From assembly GCA_965218095.1 (NCBI GenBank), contig OZ244587.1, forward strand, positions 5,664,001-5,728,000: DNA of 64,000 nt. Reading direction: 5' to 3'. Of this stretch, positions 1 through 9,001 are shown in pieces (positions within the stretch are counted from its first letter, which is position 1; every line of letters starts with the position of its first letter). Origin of the DNA: Candidatus Poribacteria bacterium. GTDB taxonomy: Bacteria; Poribacteria; WGA-4E; PCPOR2b. Under the pieces are notes generated by a model, which was not told the origin of the DNA, searched no databases, and worked only from the letters and a program-made list of their open reading frames with translations. A program made the position numbers and the translations under genes.

Positions 1-109
1 AGCAGCCTTCTATTGTCGAAAAAACTTCCAATCCGAGGGCGTCGCGCCAAAACCGAATGGTCTCTTCTAAATTGCTGGCGCGAACGCCGACATGTACGAG
101 AGTAGGCAT
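1..109 (-). CDS. VOC/glyoxalase family protein, N-terminal part (runs off window edge)
   Basis: Manual translation from ATG at 109: MPTLVHVGVRASNLEETIRFWRDALGLEVF, matching the VOC HxxxxVxxLxxxxxFxxxxLGL pattern; AGAAGGAAG upstream. Confidence 0.8.
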   Translation of the reverse strand, partial: MPTLVHVGVRASNLEETIRFWRDALGLEVFSTIEGC

Positions 110-150
110 AATTCATTCTTCCTTCTGAGAAAGGTTACGAAGTTGCGGAA

Positions 151-178
151 ATTGTAGCACACTTCCACAGGAAGTCAA
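151..178 (-). promoter_or_regulatory. sigma70-like promoter for VOC gene
   Basis: TTGACT-16nt-TACAAT with TG extended -10 on minus strand. Confidence 0.5.
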
Positions 179-260
179 ACGAAAATCTCCGAACAACGTC
201 ATTTGAACCGTTACACACTTTTTTGCAAGATTGTCGCGTCAAGTTGGGGTTTATATGAGT

Positions 261-1166
261 TCATTCACTCTCTTCCTGATCCAACTTCGCCACCGCCTCC
301 TGCGCAGCCTCTGAGCCCGGTTGCAAGGCAATTACCTTCTCGTAATCGGCGTGTGCCTCCACATCATACCCTAGCTGCTCATAGGCCCATGCCCTTCGGT
401 AGTAGACCGGCCCCAACATCGGATGATCCCCGCCCCACTCCTGAATCTCAAAGGCCGAAAGCTCAACCACCTTGCGATAGTCAAATTCCGCGTCTTGTGG
501 TTGACCCAATCGCTCATAGATGTCCGAACGACTGAGATACGCCTCTGCAAATTCTGGTGTGATCTCGATTGCTTTGTCAAAATCTGCAAGGGCGAGTCGA
601 TCTTCGCCCAACTGAGTATAGGCTTTGCCGCGATAATAGTAGGCTGCTGCGCTTGGTCTACGCTTAATCACCGCCGCATAGTCCGCAAGGGCGCTTTGCT
701 TATCCCCCATCTCCAGATAGGCTTCTGCCCGTTTCCAGGTCACAAACGCCGCCCATCTTTTCTTCAACGATGCGGTGTAATCCGCAATTGCTTTCTGATA
801 ATCGTCCAACGCACGATGAGCATCGCCACGACTGTAGTATGCATCTGCTGCGTACCGCTTCAGGCTTAACGTCTGGGTATAATCCGCGATTGCTTTCTGG
901 TATTCGCCCAAGCGATAGTAAGTCAGTCCACGCTTGATGTAGGCTTCTGCGTACTTTGCGTCGATTTTGATTGCGCGCGTGAAGGCGTATACTGCCTGCT
1001 GATAATCGTGATTTGTTCTTAGCTTCAGGAGCGCTGCGCCTTCCGCCACAGCATTGAGGGCCTCCGGATCTTCGCCTTTCAGGCTGTCCCAGGTCACGAA
1101 TCGGGAGGCAATGAGGATACAGGCGATTAACACAGGTAACATGACGTAGATCAATAAACGTGACAT
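261..1166 (-). CDS. Tetratricopeptide repeat protein with N-terminal membrane anchor
   Basis: Multiple TPR units (AYIKRGLTYYRLGEYQKAIADYTQ etc.); hydrophobic N-terminus. Confidence 0.9.
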   Translation of the reverse strand: MSRLLIYVMLPVLIACILIASRFVTWDSLKGEDPEALNAVAEGAALLKLRTNHDYQQAVYAFTRAIKIDAKYAEAYIKRGLTYYRLGEYQKAIADYTQTLSLKRYAADAYYSRGDAHRALDDYQKAIADYTASLKKRWAAFVTWKRAEAYLEMGDKQSALADYAAVIKRRPSAAAYYYRGKAYTQLGEDRLALADFDKAIEITPEFAEAYLSRSDIYERLGQPQDAEFDYRKVVELSAFEIQEWGGDHPMLGPVYYRRAWAYEQLGYDVEAHADYEKVIALQPGSEAAQEAVAKLDQEESE

Positions 1167-1242
1167 GGATTATCCTTTGCGAAACGAAATGTGATGCCAG
1201 GAGGGTCATCTTTCCAAACCTGACAGGCTAGCCCTAACACCT

Positions 1243-2256
1243 TCAGGGATACAGTGGATGGATGTCTGCACCATATTTCAGGTCAGAGACAGACTCATAT
1301 CGTTTAGAGAGATCGATAGCAAGATAGGACCGAGTTCCCGGCTGTGCGCCATAGCCGGTGGAGAAAAAGAGTTGACGTTCACCGAGTCGTGCCACGCCAT
1401 CTTTGATGTTCTTCTTCGGGAAATAACCCAGTGGCGTATGTCCCACAATCAGCAGGCGCCCCCCGATTTGTTTGAGAAACGCATCCGTTTGAGACGGCAT
1501 GTATCCACCAACCTTTGCAACGGCGGGACGGTCCCAGAGTAGTTCCTCAAGCACCTTTTTGCTTGGATGGGTGAGATCGGCAAGCCCTTTGGCGGAGCGC
1601 GACGTACCGGCGTGGACGCCAACGAAGCCGTTTTTACCGACTGCGACTGTTGGGAGGCTGATCAGGTAATCGTAATGTTCGTCCGTCATCCGCTCAATAA
1701 AATTGAACTGCTGAAAATAGGGGCCTTGTGGGCTTCTATAAAGCCGATCAATCATACGCCCACGGTTGTCCGCGTTCATACCGTTCTTCTTGAGCAGCGC
1801 ATAAGTATCGGCGACAGCAAGTTCGTGATTCCCTTTGAGGTAGATTAACCGTTCTGCGCCTAACTGCTGTTGAAGCTGCATGATTCGATCGACAATCCTT
1901 GCATCCCCATAAGGTTCAAAGATCGAATCACCCGGTTTGTGGTCAACGACATCGCCGAGAATCAAACCGTAGACATCCTCCCCGGCCTCAATCCGCTCTA
2001 CCAGCTTTGTTCGAATCAACCATTGATTGAAGTCATTCCAATGTGTATGAAAGTCTGTCGCAATATACACGGTTCCGTGATCGGGGAGGACAACCAACTC
2101 GCCATCCCGTGTCGGTCGATTCGGGTAATCGGCGAGTTGGTTGGATTCTGTCGCTGCCGAGGTGCTGAGACTGAGTAAAACGTAAAACGTAATGCGTATT
2201 GCGTGTTGCGTGAATGAACGTCTGAACCAATGAATCCATTTTCCCATTTTCCCCAT
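1243..2256 (-). CDS. Calcineurin-like metallophosphoesterase, probably exported
   Basis: Motifs DFH, GDVVD, KGNHE, VHAG, VGHT. Confidence 0.85.
   Translation of the reverse strand: MGKMGKWIHWFRRSFTQHAIRITFYVLLSLSTSAATESNQLADYPNRPTRDGELVVLPDHGTVYIATDFHTHWNDFNQWLIRTKLVERIEAGEDVYGLILGDVVDHKPGDSIFEPYGDARIVDRIMQLQQQLGAERLIYLKGNHELAVADTYALLKKNGMNADNRGRMIDRLYRSPQGPYFQQFNFIERMTDEHYDYLISLPTVAVGKNGFVGVHAGTSRSAKGLADLTHPSKKVLEELLWDRPAVAKVGGYMPSQTDAFLKQIGGRLLIVGHTPLGYFPKKNIKDGVARLGERQLFFSTGYGAQPGTRSYLAIDLSKRYESVSDLKYGADIHPLYP
2175..2213. repeat. Heptamer tandem repeat (GTAAAAC/GTAATGC/GTATTGC family)
   Basis: About 5.5 degenerate 7-mers; same family at ~17331-17390, 21447-21474, 32278-32326, 33740-33771, 42541-42562 and 50571-50630. 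Confidence 0.75.
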
Positions 2257-2309
2257 TCCCGCCTCATTTCCTTATGTGAAATGTCGTTTTCGAATCGGAC
2301 AAATGGACT

Positions 2310-2765
2310 TTACCCAGAGATGAGAAACTTGATGAGGGCAATCCCTATGGCGACCCAAATGAGCAAAATCAAACCGATCATCCATTTATAGATGTTATCT
2401 GTCGAGTCAGACACTTTGCTAATCCTATCATTGAGTTGGTCAATCTTATTATCAATACGGCTATTCGTTTGATCAATACGTCCGCCAAGTTCGGTTTGTA
2501 CTTCATTGAGCCGATCGCTCAGTTCAGCACCCATGCGATCGATGCGCCCACTGAGTTTAGCATTGATACTATCGATACGACCAACCAATTCAATTCTGAA
2601 ATCTCGCACTTTATTCTCAAGATTGTCAATCCGCTTTTCCAGTTGTGAAACGACGCCTTCCAACCTTGAGATATTGTGGGTGTTAATCTCCACCATCTCA
2701 CGAAGTGCGATTAGATCAGGATTGATAAGTTCTTGCATCGCTTTTTCTTCCGTTTTACGCTTCAC
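2310..2765 (-). CDS. Coiled-coil protein with C-terminal transmembrane helix (DUF1640/Bdr-like architecture)
   Basis: 11-aa periodic LxGRID repeats followed by KWMIGLILLIWVAIGIALI. Confidence 0.7.
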   Translation of the reverse strand: MKRKTEEKAMQELINPDLIALREMVEINTHNISRLEGVVSQLEKRIDNLENKVRDFRIELVGRIDSINAKLSGRIDRMGAELSDRLNEVQTELGGRIDQTNSRIDNKIDQLNDRISKVSDSTDNIYKWMIGLILLIWVAIGIALIKFLISG

Positions 2766-2772
2766 GCATACA

Positions 2773-3591
2773 CTACCGTGTCGTCAGATTATCCCCCAAA
2801 TTGGTGGCGTCGATCTTGCTGCGTTCAAGGCAGACGGCGACAACGAGCATTTCGAGGTCTTCTTGCGTGTGGTTATAAATCCCATGCGATCCACCAAGCC
2901 AATTCGGGATTACAGCGCCAGGGTAGACTTCCTCTGTTTCATTGTCTACTGTCATCCGGCCGCTGCCATTCATGATGATATAGGCTTCTTCGATGGTGTC
3001 ATGCCGATGATAGCCGACAGAGGTGCCGGGCGGTAACAAGGCATGTCCGACGAATCCCCAGTTGTTTCGGAAATCCTGATGTTCCCATAGCATTCGGACA
3101 CCGACTTCGCCTTTGCCTTGGTGCGAAGGGTGATAGGCCAGCAGATTACGGTCAAGTCTAGCAACAGGAAGGCGGTCGACCGACTCCAGCGGCGCGTTGG
3201 CGCGATCATCGCCGAAATCCGTCGAATCTGCGGGTTTGCCCACCGCCGCGACGTTGAAGTTGAACCAGCGGGTTTCTTTGTCGGTATGGTTATAGATGGC
3301 GTGAGACTCCCCTTGACGCAGGGGCACCGCCGCGCTACCGATGACCTCTGCCGTGCGGCCATTGTGCGTAAATTGCGCCGCGTTATCGATCGTGACGAAG
3401 ACCTCCTCAGCGGTATCGTGTCGATGATGACCGATACCGCCGCCAGGCGGAAGAATGGCGCTATGGATAAACCGCCATGGGGTGCCAAAATCGTCGCCTT
3501 CAAAAAGGCTTTTGAAAAGTATCGACCCCGCCCCACCATGGACGCCGCTGATTTCCTGCATCTCTTCGCGTCGAGCATAAGCAATTCTCAT
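2773..3591 (-). CDS. Bicupin domain protein
   Basis: Two cupin motifs GHHRHDTAEE...HAIYN and GYHRHDTIEE...HGIYN; start MRIAY after AAAGGAG. Confidence 0.85.
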   Translation of the reverse strand: MRIAYARREEMQEISGVHGGAGSILFKSLFEGDDFGTPWRFIHSAILPPGGGIGHHRHDTAEEVFVTIDNAAQFTHNGRTAEVIGSAAVPLRQGESHAIYNHTDKETRWFNFNVAAVGKPADSTDFGDDRANAPLESVDRLPVARLDRNLLAYHPSHQGKGEVGVRMLWEHQDFRNNWGFVGHALLPPGTSVGYHRHDTIEEAYIIMNGSGRMTVDNETEEVYPGAVIPNWLGGSHGIYNHTQEDLEMLVVAVCLERSKIDATNLGDNLTTR

Positions 3592-3701
3592 CTTCAGATC
3601 TCCTTTCAAAAATCAACGAACCAAGATATAATCTCTGATTGACAATGTAAATTCTACACCCCTTGTGGAGACTACATCCTTACCAACTAGCACCAAAGGT
3701 T

Positions 3702-3730
3702 ATTATACAAAAGCCTCCGTTTCTTTGCAA
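3702..3730 (-). promoter_or_regulatory. sigma70 promoter for cupin operon (divergent pair)
   Basis: TTGCAA-17nt-TATAAT on minus strand. Confidence 0.65.
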
Positions 3731-3741
3731 TTAGAATATCG

Positions 3742-3770
3742 TTGACTAAAACCGGCAAACCTGCTATAAT
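3742..3770 (+). promoter_or_regulatory. sigma70 promoter for FAH gene (divergent pair)
   Basis: TTGACT-17nt-TATAAT with TG extended -10. Confidence 0.75.
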
Positions 3771-3935
3771 CCTCTACTTGCTAAGTAAATAATACTAGCC
3801 GGACGATGCTCTTCATCGTGTGTGAAGTAGAGGTTTAGATGCGTACTCAAGTAACACTGTAAATATAACCCATCTCATATTTTGCGCATTACGTTCGAGA
3901 TCTGATTTGGAAAAATATGAAGGGAGAAATACCCC

Positions 3936-4862
3936 ATGAAATTAGTAAGTTTTCAGAGTTCCGACGGCGCCAAACTCGGCGCCTCAGTCGATGATAAGGT
4001 TTTAGATCTGCAAGCCACCTATCAAGCTGCAGTGACAGATGACGCACTGCCTGCACTTTTGAGCGGCATGATTCCATTTCTCGAAGGTGGGCAGAGAGCG
4101 TTTGACGCCGCAACGCACGCAATCAATGTGGCAGCGGAAAATCCAGAGAAAGTTGTCTGGTCTACAGATCCACTCCTCCCGCCGATTCCCAATCCGAGAA
4201 AGCTATTGCTGCTCGCCGGAAATTATGCTGCGCATATTGAAGAGGGCGGCGGCACAGCCTTGAGCCGGTTGGAGACGACGCCGCGCGTGTTCATGAAACC
4301 GCCAAGCACGACCCTAACAGCCCATGAACAACCAATCATCATTCCTCCCAATGGTGTCTTTACCGATTGGGAAGCGGAGCTCGGCGTGGTCATTGGCAAA
4401 CGCGGGAAATTCATCTCCGCCGCCGACGCTTACGACCATGTTGCGGGATATACCGCTGTCAATGATGTCTCCGAGCGCGAGTTGAAGGTCAAAGATAGCC
4501 GCGTGGATCGAGAAGGAGACGAGTGGTTTGATTGGCTTAATGGGAAGTGGTTCGACACCTTTGCGCCGGTCGGTCCCTGCATGACGACAAAGGACGACAT
4601 CCCCGATCCGCAGAATTTGCGTATCTCGTGCCGTGTCAATGGTGAAACTAAACAGGATGCGAACACAGGACACATGATCTTTAATTGCGCCGGACTGGTC
4701 GAATTTATTTCGACACTGGTCACGCTTGAGCCCGGTGATATTATCTCAACAGGCACCCCCTCTGGTGTCGGACACCCCGATCAAAAACTTGGCGATGGGG
4801 ATGTCGTTGAGGTCGAGATTGAGAAGATCGGCGTGCTGAGGAATCTCGTCGTTCAGAAGTAA
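3936..4862 (+). CDS. Fumarylacetoacetate hydrolase family protein
   Basis: NYAAH, FMKP, DWEAELGVVIG, NDVSER, GKWFDTFAPVGP, TLEPGDIISTGTPSGVG. Confidence 0.92.
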   Translation: MKLVSFQSSDGAKLGASVDDKVLDLQATYQAAVTDDALPALLSGMIPFLEGGQRAFDAATHAINVAAENPEKVVWSTDPLLPPIPNPRKLLLLAGNYAAHIEEGGGTALSRLETTPRVFMKPPSTTLTAHEQPIIIPPNGVFTDWEAELGVVIGKRGKFISAADAYDHVAGYTAVNDVSERELKVKDSRVDREGDEWFDWLNGKWFDTFAPVGPCMTTKDDIPDPQNLRISCRVNGETKQDANTGHMIFNCAGLVEFISTLVTLEPGDIISTGTPSGVGHPDQKLGDGDVVEVEIEKIGVLRNLVVQK

Positions 4863-4869
4863 AACATTC

Positions 4870-4903
4870 AACCTTGAAAAGGTTCTAAACCCTTTCAAGG
4901 TTT
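4870..4903. repeat. REP-like double palindrome AACC-N6/7-GGTT x2 (about 18-bp period)
   Basis: aaccttgaaaaggttctaaaccctttcaaggttt; relatives at 1216, 6203, 20556 and 49838. Confidence 0.7.
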
Positions 4904-4951
4904 GGATTCGTTTCTCAGGTAGTACGCATCACCCAATGAAAGGGCGTTGCA

Positions 4952-6157
4952 ATGCCCGAACGTAAAAAGATAGCAGCCGTCATCACGACCTACTTTCCGC
5001 GCTCTCACGCAGACGTAATCGTCACAAAGTATATGAAGGGATTCCCGACCAACGAGGGGTTTCGCCAGCCGCGCGTCGAGCTCGTCTCAATCTATCTGGA
5101 TCAGATCGACCCACGCGACATCGGGCGAGGACTTGCCGAAGCGCACAATGTCCCGATCCATCAGAGCATTCGGGAAGCGTTGACATTGGGTGGGGATGAA
5201 CTCACTGTCGATGGCGTTCTGCTCATTGGCGAACACGGGGATTATCCGTACAATGAGCTTGAGCAGCACATGTATCCGCGGCGTTATTTGTTTGAGCAGA
5301 TCTGCGGCATTTTCGCATCGAGTGGGCGTTCCGTCCCCGTTTTCTGCGACAAGCACCTCTCGTATAACTGGACGGATGCCAAATGGATGTACGACCGTGC
5401 GAGGGAACTCAGCGTGCCATTTATGGCGGGGTCATCGCTGCCGACCTGCTGGCGGAATCCGTTTCTTGAGTATAACCTTGACACCCCGCTCGAAGCTGCA
5501 ATCGGTATCGGCCATGGCGGAATAGAGTCCTACGGCTTCCATGCTCTAGAGACGTTGCAGTGCATGATTGAGCGACGCGGGGGTGGAGAGTCCGGCGTCA
5601 CTGCTGTACAATGCCTTGAAGGAAAAGCGGTCTGGACGGCAGCGGAGAAGGGGCTTTGGTCACGCGAATTGGCGGAGGCAGCATGCGCCCCAATCGAAGA
5701 TAAGCCGGAGGGACGGATGGAAAAACACTGTGAAAATCCAGCCGCTTTTCTGATTGAGCACAGCGATAGGTTCAGGTCAACGGTGCTGATGTTAAACGGC
5801 TATACAAGCCATTTTGCTTATGCGGGTCAGGTGAACGGCGAAATTCAGGGAACAGAATTTTACCTGCAAAGTGGAAACCCGTATGCCCACTTTAGCTATC
5901 TCAGCTTGAATATTGAGGAGATGTTCCTCACAGGCGTCTCGCAGTACCCCGTCGAGCGGACATTGTTGACAACGGGAGTCCTAGATGCAGCCATGCACTC
6001 GAGGCATCAGGGGCATGTCCGGCTGGAAACGCCTTACTTGGCAAATCTTGCTTATCGTTCCTACGAAAAGCTGCCGATTCGACCAACAGAACCCCGTCCC
6101 GGCGGATCTACGCTAGATCCTTGGCCGCCGGATTCGCCGAACAACGAATCAATTTAG
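4952..6157 (+). CDS. Conserved hypothetical protein (oxidoreductase-like, Planctomycetes/Poribacteria type)
   Basis: 401-aa ORF with SHADVI, DGVLLIGEHGDYP, FxDKHLS, MAGSSLP, YGFHALE, YPVERTLLTTG blocks. Confidence 0.7.
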   Translation: MPERKKIAAVITTYFPRSHADVIVTKYMKGFPTNEGFRQPRVELVSIYLDQIDPRDIGRGLAEAHNVPIHQSIREALTLGGDELTVDGVLLIGEHGDYPYNELEQHMYPRRYLFEQICGIFASSGRSVPVFCDKHLSYNWTDAKWMYDRARELSVPFMAGSSLPTCWRNPFLEYNLDTPLEAAIGIGHGGIESYGFHALETLQCMIERRGGGESGVTAVQCLEGKAVWTAAEKGLWSRELAEAACAPIEDKPEGRMEKHCENPAAFLIEHSDRFRSTVLMLNGYTSHFAYAGQVNGEIQGTEFYLQSGNPYAHFSYLSLNIEEMFLTGVSQYPVERTLLTTGVLDAAMHSRHQGHVRLETPYLANLAYRSYEKLPIRPTEPRPGGSTLDPWPPDSPNNESI

Positions 6158-6202
6158 GTACTTGAAGAAAACTCCAAAGCAGAAATTTAACGGCCCCGCG
6201 TC

Positions 6203-6226
6203 ACAGGTTTCAAAAACCTGTCAGGT
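6203..6226. repeat. REP-like palindrome (ACAGGTTT...AAACCTGTCAGGT)
   Basis: Inverted repeat with the same architecture as the 4870 element. Confidence 0.6.
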
Positions 6227-6397
6227 CTGATATAGGCGTCGCATCAAGACGAAGATACAGCAAGGCAAAGGACGACCTTCGCTGAAAAATGCTTCCCCCC
6301 ATCTCCTCTGCCCCCTTTCACTCTCACCCCCCTTCTCACGAACCCGGTGTTTATGCGTCCTCGCATTGAAATTCAAAAAACCGATCAGTTCGTTACT

Positions 6398-7066
6398 TCA
6401 TGATGTCACCATTTTTTTCAGAAGGTGATCGATTCGGTTGAGATAACGCAGTTGTGTCCGTTCTAGTGTTATTGATAGCTTACTAAGCCCCGTATTGTTT
6501 TGGCTGAAACGCTCGTAGTCTACATCGGGGGGCAAGCTAAAGAGCGCACTGAGGAGGCTTGATCCAGACCCACCATGCGTGACAGCAGCAACCCGTTCAT
6601 CTGTACCGTCGTGATGCACTTTCAAATGCGCAATGAAAGCGAGCGCATTCCCATGTGCCAATTGCAGCATCTTTTCGGCGCCCGCCCACCCCTGAAACCA
6701 CCAGCCCTGGTCAGTTACATCTTTGGGTAAAACAACGCTGGGACAGATCTCACGCATTTCAGATCTGGTCAATCCGGGCAGTTGTATGGCAACTTTATCT
6801 CCGCGATCTTCCCAAACGCCGCCCCACTCATGAAGGCCAACGAAAATATGTGGGGAAAGATCGAGGTTGTCGCCGATAATCTGGGCAGTCTGCAATGTTC
6901 TCAGCATCGGGCTACAGTAGAGCCTGATGATGCCTTCATCCTTGAGTGATTGACCAGCTTGCCGAGCCTGTTCTTTGCCAAGCTCGGTCAGCGGTGGATC
7001 GGCAAGACGAGGGCTATCACCTCGGTTGTTGGTGGATTGTCCATGTCGAATAAGGTAAAGTTCCAT
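6398..7066 (-). CDS. Histidine phosphatase family protein
   Basis: LIRHGQS, SPMLRTLQTA, VTHGG, NTGLS motifs; start after AGAAAGGA. Confidence 0.9.
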   Translation of the reverse strand: MELYLIRHGQSTNNRGDSPRLADPPLTELGKEQARQAGQSLKDEGIIRLYCSPMLRTLQTAQIIGDNLDLSPHIFVGLHEWGGVWEDRGDKVAIQLPGLTRSEMREICPSVVLPKDVTDQGWWFQGWAGAEKMLQLAHGNALAFIAHLKVHHDGTDERVAAVTHGGSGSSLLSALFSLPPDVDYERFSQNNTGLSKLSITLERTQLRYLNRIDHLLKKMVTS

Positions 7067-7114
7067 GATAAATTCCTTTCTCTGGTGGTTGATGGCGGAT
7101 TTCGCACGAACGAC

Positions 7115-7495
7115 TCCTGAACCCACTCAACCTGTTCAGTTTCCATAGATTTATTTGCCGCAATGGTCACAGCAAGAGGTTTGACCACATTAGCATAAGT
7201 CGATCGGACAAGCCCCTGGTTATTCGATTCGACAGCCCGGATAAAATGCTCGATCTATCGAAAATATGCGTGCTCTGTTCAAGCATCTGACCACCACCCA
7301 TAGCAAATTTTCCCCACCACGGATGGCTTGCGCCCATACGGGCGAGGAATCGCCCGAATCCCATCGCCAGCTTTCGATCTCCGATAATCTCCTTCGTCTT
7401 CTGAGTGAGCCCGCTGTAGCGTGCCATATATACTGCGAACGGTCACAAACTGCGCTTGTGCAACGTTAAAAATGCACCCGGATGAAATTGACCAT
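7115..7495 (-). pseudogene. Deleted remnant of a Gfo/Idh/MocA oxidoreductase
   Basis: Fragments AVCD, WWGKFAMGGGQMLEQSTHIFD and KPLAVTIAANKSMET lie in different frames within about 380 bp. Confidence 0.65.
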
Positions 7496-7734
7496 GCAAG
7501 GATACCTCTCCCAACCTTGTCTTATTATACTATGTTTTAGATCTGTTCGCATGATAAAATGCACAGTCGATTTCCCAGATTTCTGACTTCCCTCATCGGC
7601 GCCAGATTAGGGATGAAAAGCTCATAGCATGTGCTTAAAAAGTGCTTGCTTTCTAAGCTGAATTGGTGTATGCTATAAAAAATTCACCTTTCAGATTTAT
7701 CAATCATGTCAATTTTTACAGGCAGGAAATAAGG

Positions 7735-8736
7735 ATGAAACTCATACAATTTTATCAGCCGGGTGAAGGCAAGCGTGTGGGTGTTGTCGCACGGAGCGAT
7801 ATAGTTACTGACCTGACCCGCGATGGAGATCGCGGCTTGGTTAGCCGATCCGTTGAGCCCGACGACGTCATTATTGATGTCACCAGCGATGAGTCTCCGG
7901 GTGTGTTAGAATTAATCGAGCTCTCCTATAAAGAGAGGGTCAGCATGGGTATTTTGCTCGCGGATATTCAAGAGCGTGTCTCCAATACAACGCCCCATGT
8001 ATCTATACCAGGGCAATCCGATGACAGCCAGATTAAATTTGCAGATCTCGATGTGCCGCCCGACCCCAACAAGCCCCACCTACTGTCACCAATCGACCCA
8101 CCAGAAGTGTGGGGCTGTGGCGTGACCTACAAACGCAGTGCGGATATGCGTGATGACGACAGTGATCAGGATATATATAGCCGGGTCTACAACGCTGATC
8201 GTCCTGAGATTTTCTTCAAAGCGACCCCCTCCCGATGCGTCGGTCCGAATGACTTCATTGGTATTCGGAGCGACTCCAAATTGACGGCAACAGAACCTGA
8301 GTTAGCTTATGTTCTCGGCGAAGAAGGAGACATTGTCGGCTATACGCTTTGTAACGACGTTTCCGCATGGGACATTGAGCGAGACAATCCCCTTTATCTG
8401 CCGCAGTCGAAAGTCTTTTACGGGTGTTGTGCCCTCGGCCCGATGTTCGCAACCGCCTCCGAAGTTGATGACCCCTATAACCTAAACATCAAATGCACGG
8501 TTATCCGGAACGAGAAGCCAATCTATGAAGGTGAAGTGAACACCTCCCAAATTAATTGGAAGTTTGAGGAATTCACTGAATTTCTTTGCCGAGATAACCC
8601 TGTCCCGGTTGGAACAGTTGTATCTACTGGCACCGGCATCATCGTGCCGAATGACCTGCCGTTAGCGCCCGGTGATGTTGTGGAGATCGAGGCTGATGGG
8701 CTTGGCAAGCTCTCCAACCCTGTTAAACAGCTTTAG
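7735..8736 (+). CDS. FAH family protein, 2-keto-3-deoxy-pentonate dehydratase (XylX/KdaD)-like
   Basis: EVWGCGVTYKRS, YSRVYNADRPEIFFKA, EPEL, NDVSAWDIERDNPLYLPQSK. Confidence 0.85.
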   Translation: MKLIQFYQPGEGKRVGVVARSDIVTDLTRDGDRGLVSRSVEPDDVIIDVTSDESPGVLELIELSYKERVSMGILLADIQERVSNTTPHVSIPGQSDDSQIKFADLDVPPDPNKPHLLSPIDPPEVWGCGVTYKRSADMRDDDSDQDIYSRVYNADRPEIFFKATPSRCVGPNDFIGIRSDSKLTATEPELAYVLGEEGDIVGYTLCNDVSAWDIERDNPLYLPQSKVFYGCCALGPMFATASEVDDPYNLNIKCTVIRNEKPIYEGEVNTSQINWKFEEFTEFLCRDNPVPVGTVVSTGTGIIVPNDLPLAPGDVVEIEADGLGKLSNPVKQL

Positions 8737-9001
8737 AAATTCGCAATAAGTCATTACACGCTTATTTAACGCCGAGAACGCAGAGAAGAATAAAAAAACG
8801 CAGCGGTCGATTTAAGCCAGTAACTACTTATTCCCTTATGTCAATCAGTACGGTGTTGTGGCTGTTGGTCGAGTTTGTGGGTCTTGGGATGGTTACTCTT
8901 ACGAGGGTGAGGATCGGTTGATACATGAGGAGTATACAGAATATCGAATCCGTGTTGACTGGTGCCTCACAGTTGTCAATAATCCGATTAGTATAGATGA
9001 G

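Noticed and set aside
8858-9001. N-terminal extension of the MTase ORF in the track
   Set aside because: Homology begins at MSNWKDKTIFTGDNL; similar over-extended starts were trimmed for the 7663, 10302, 11840, 24847, 49889 and 59212 ORFs
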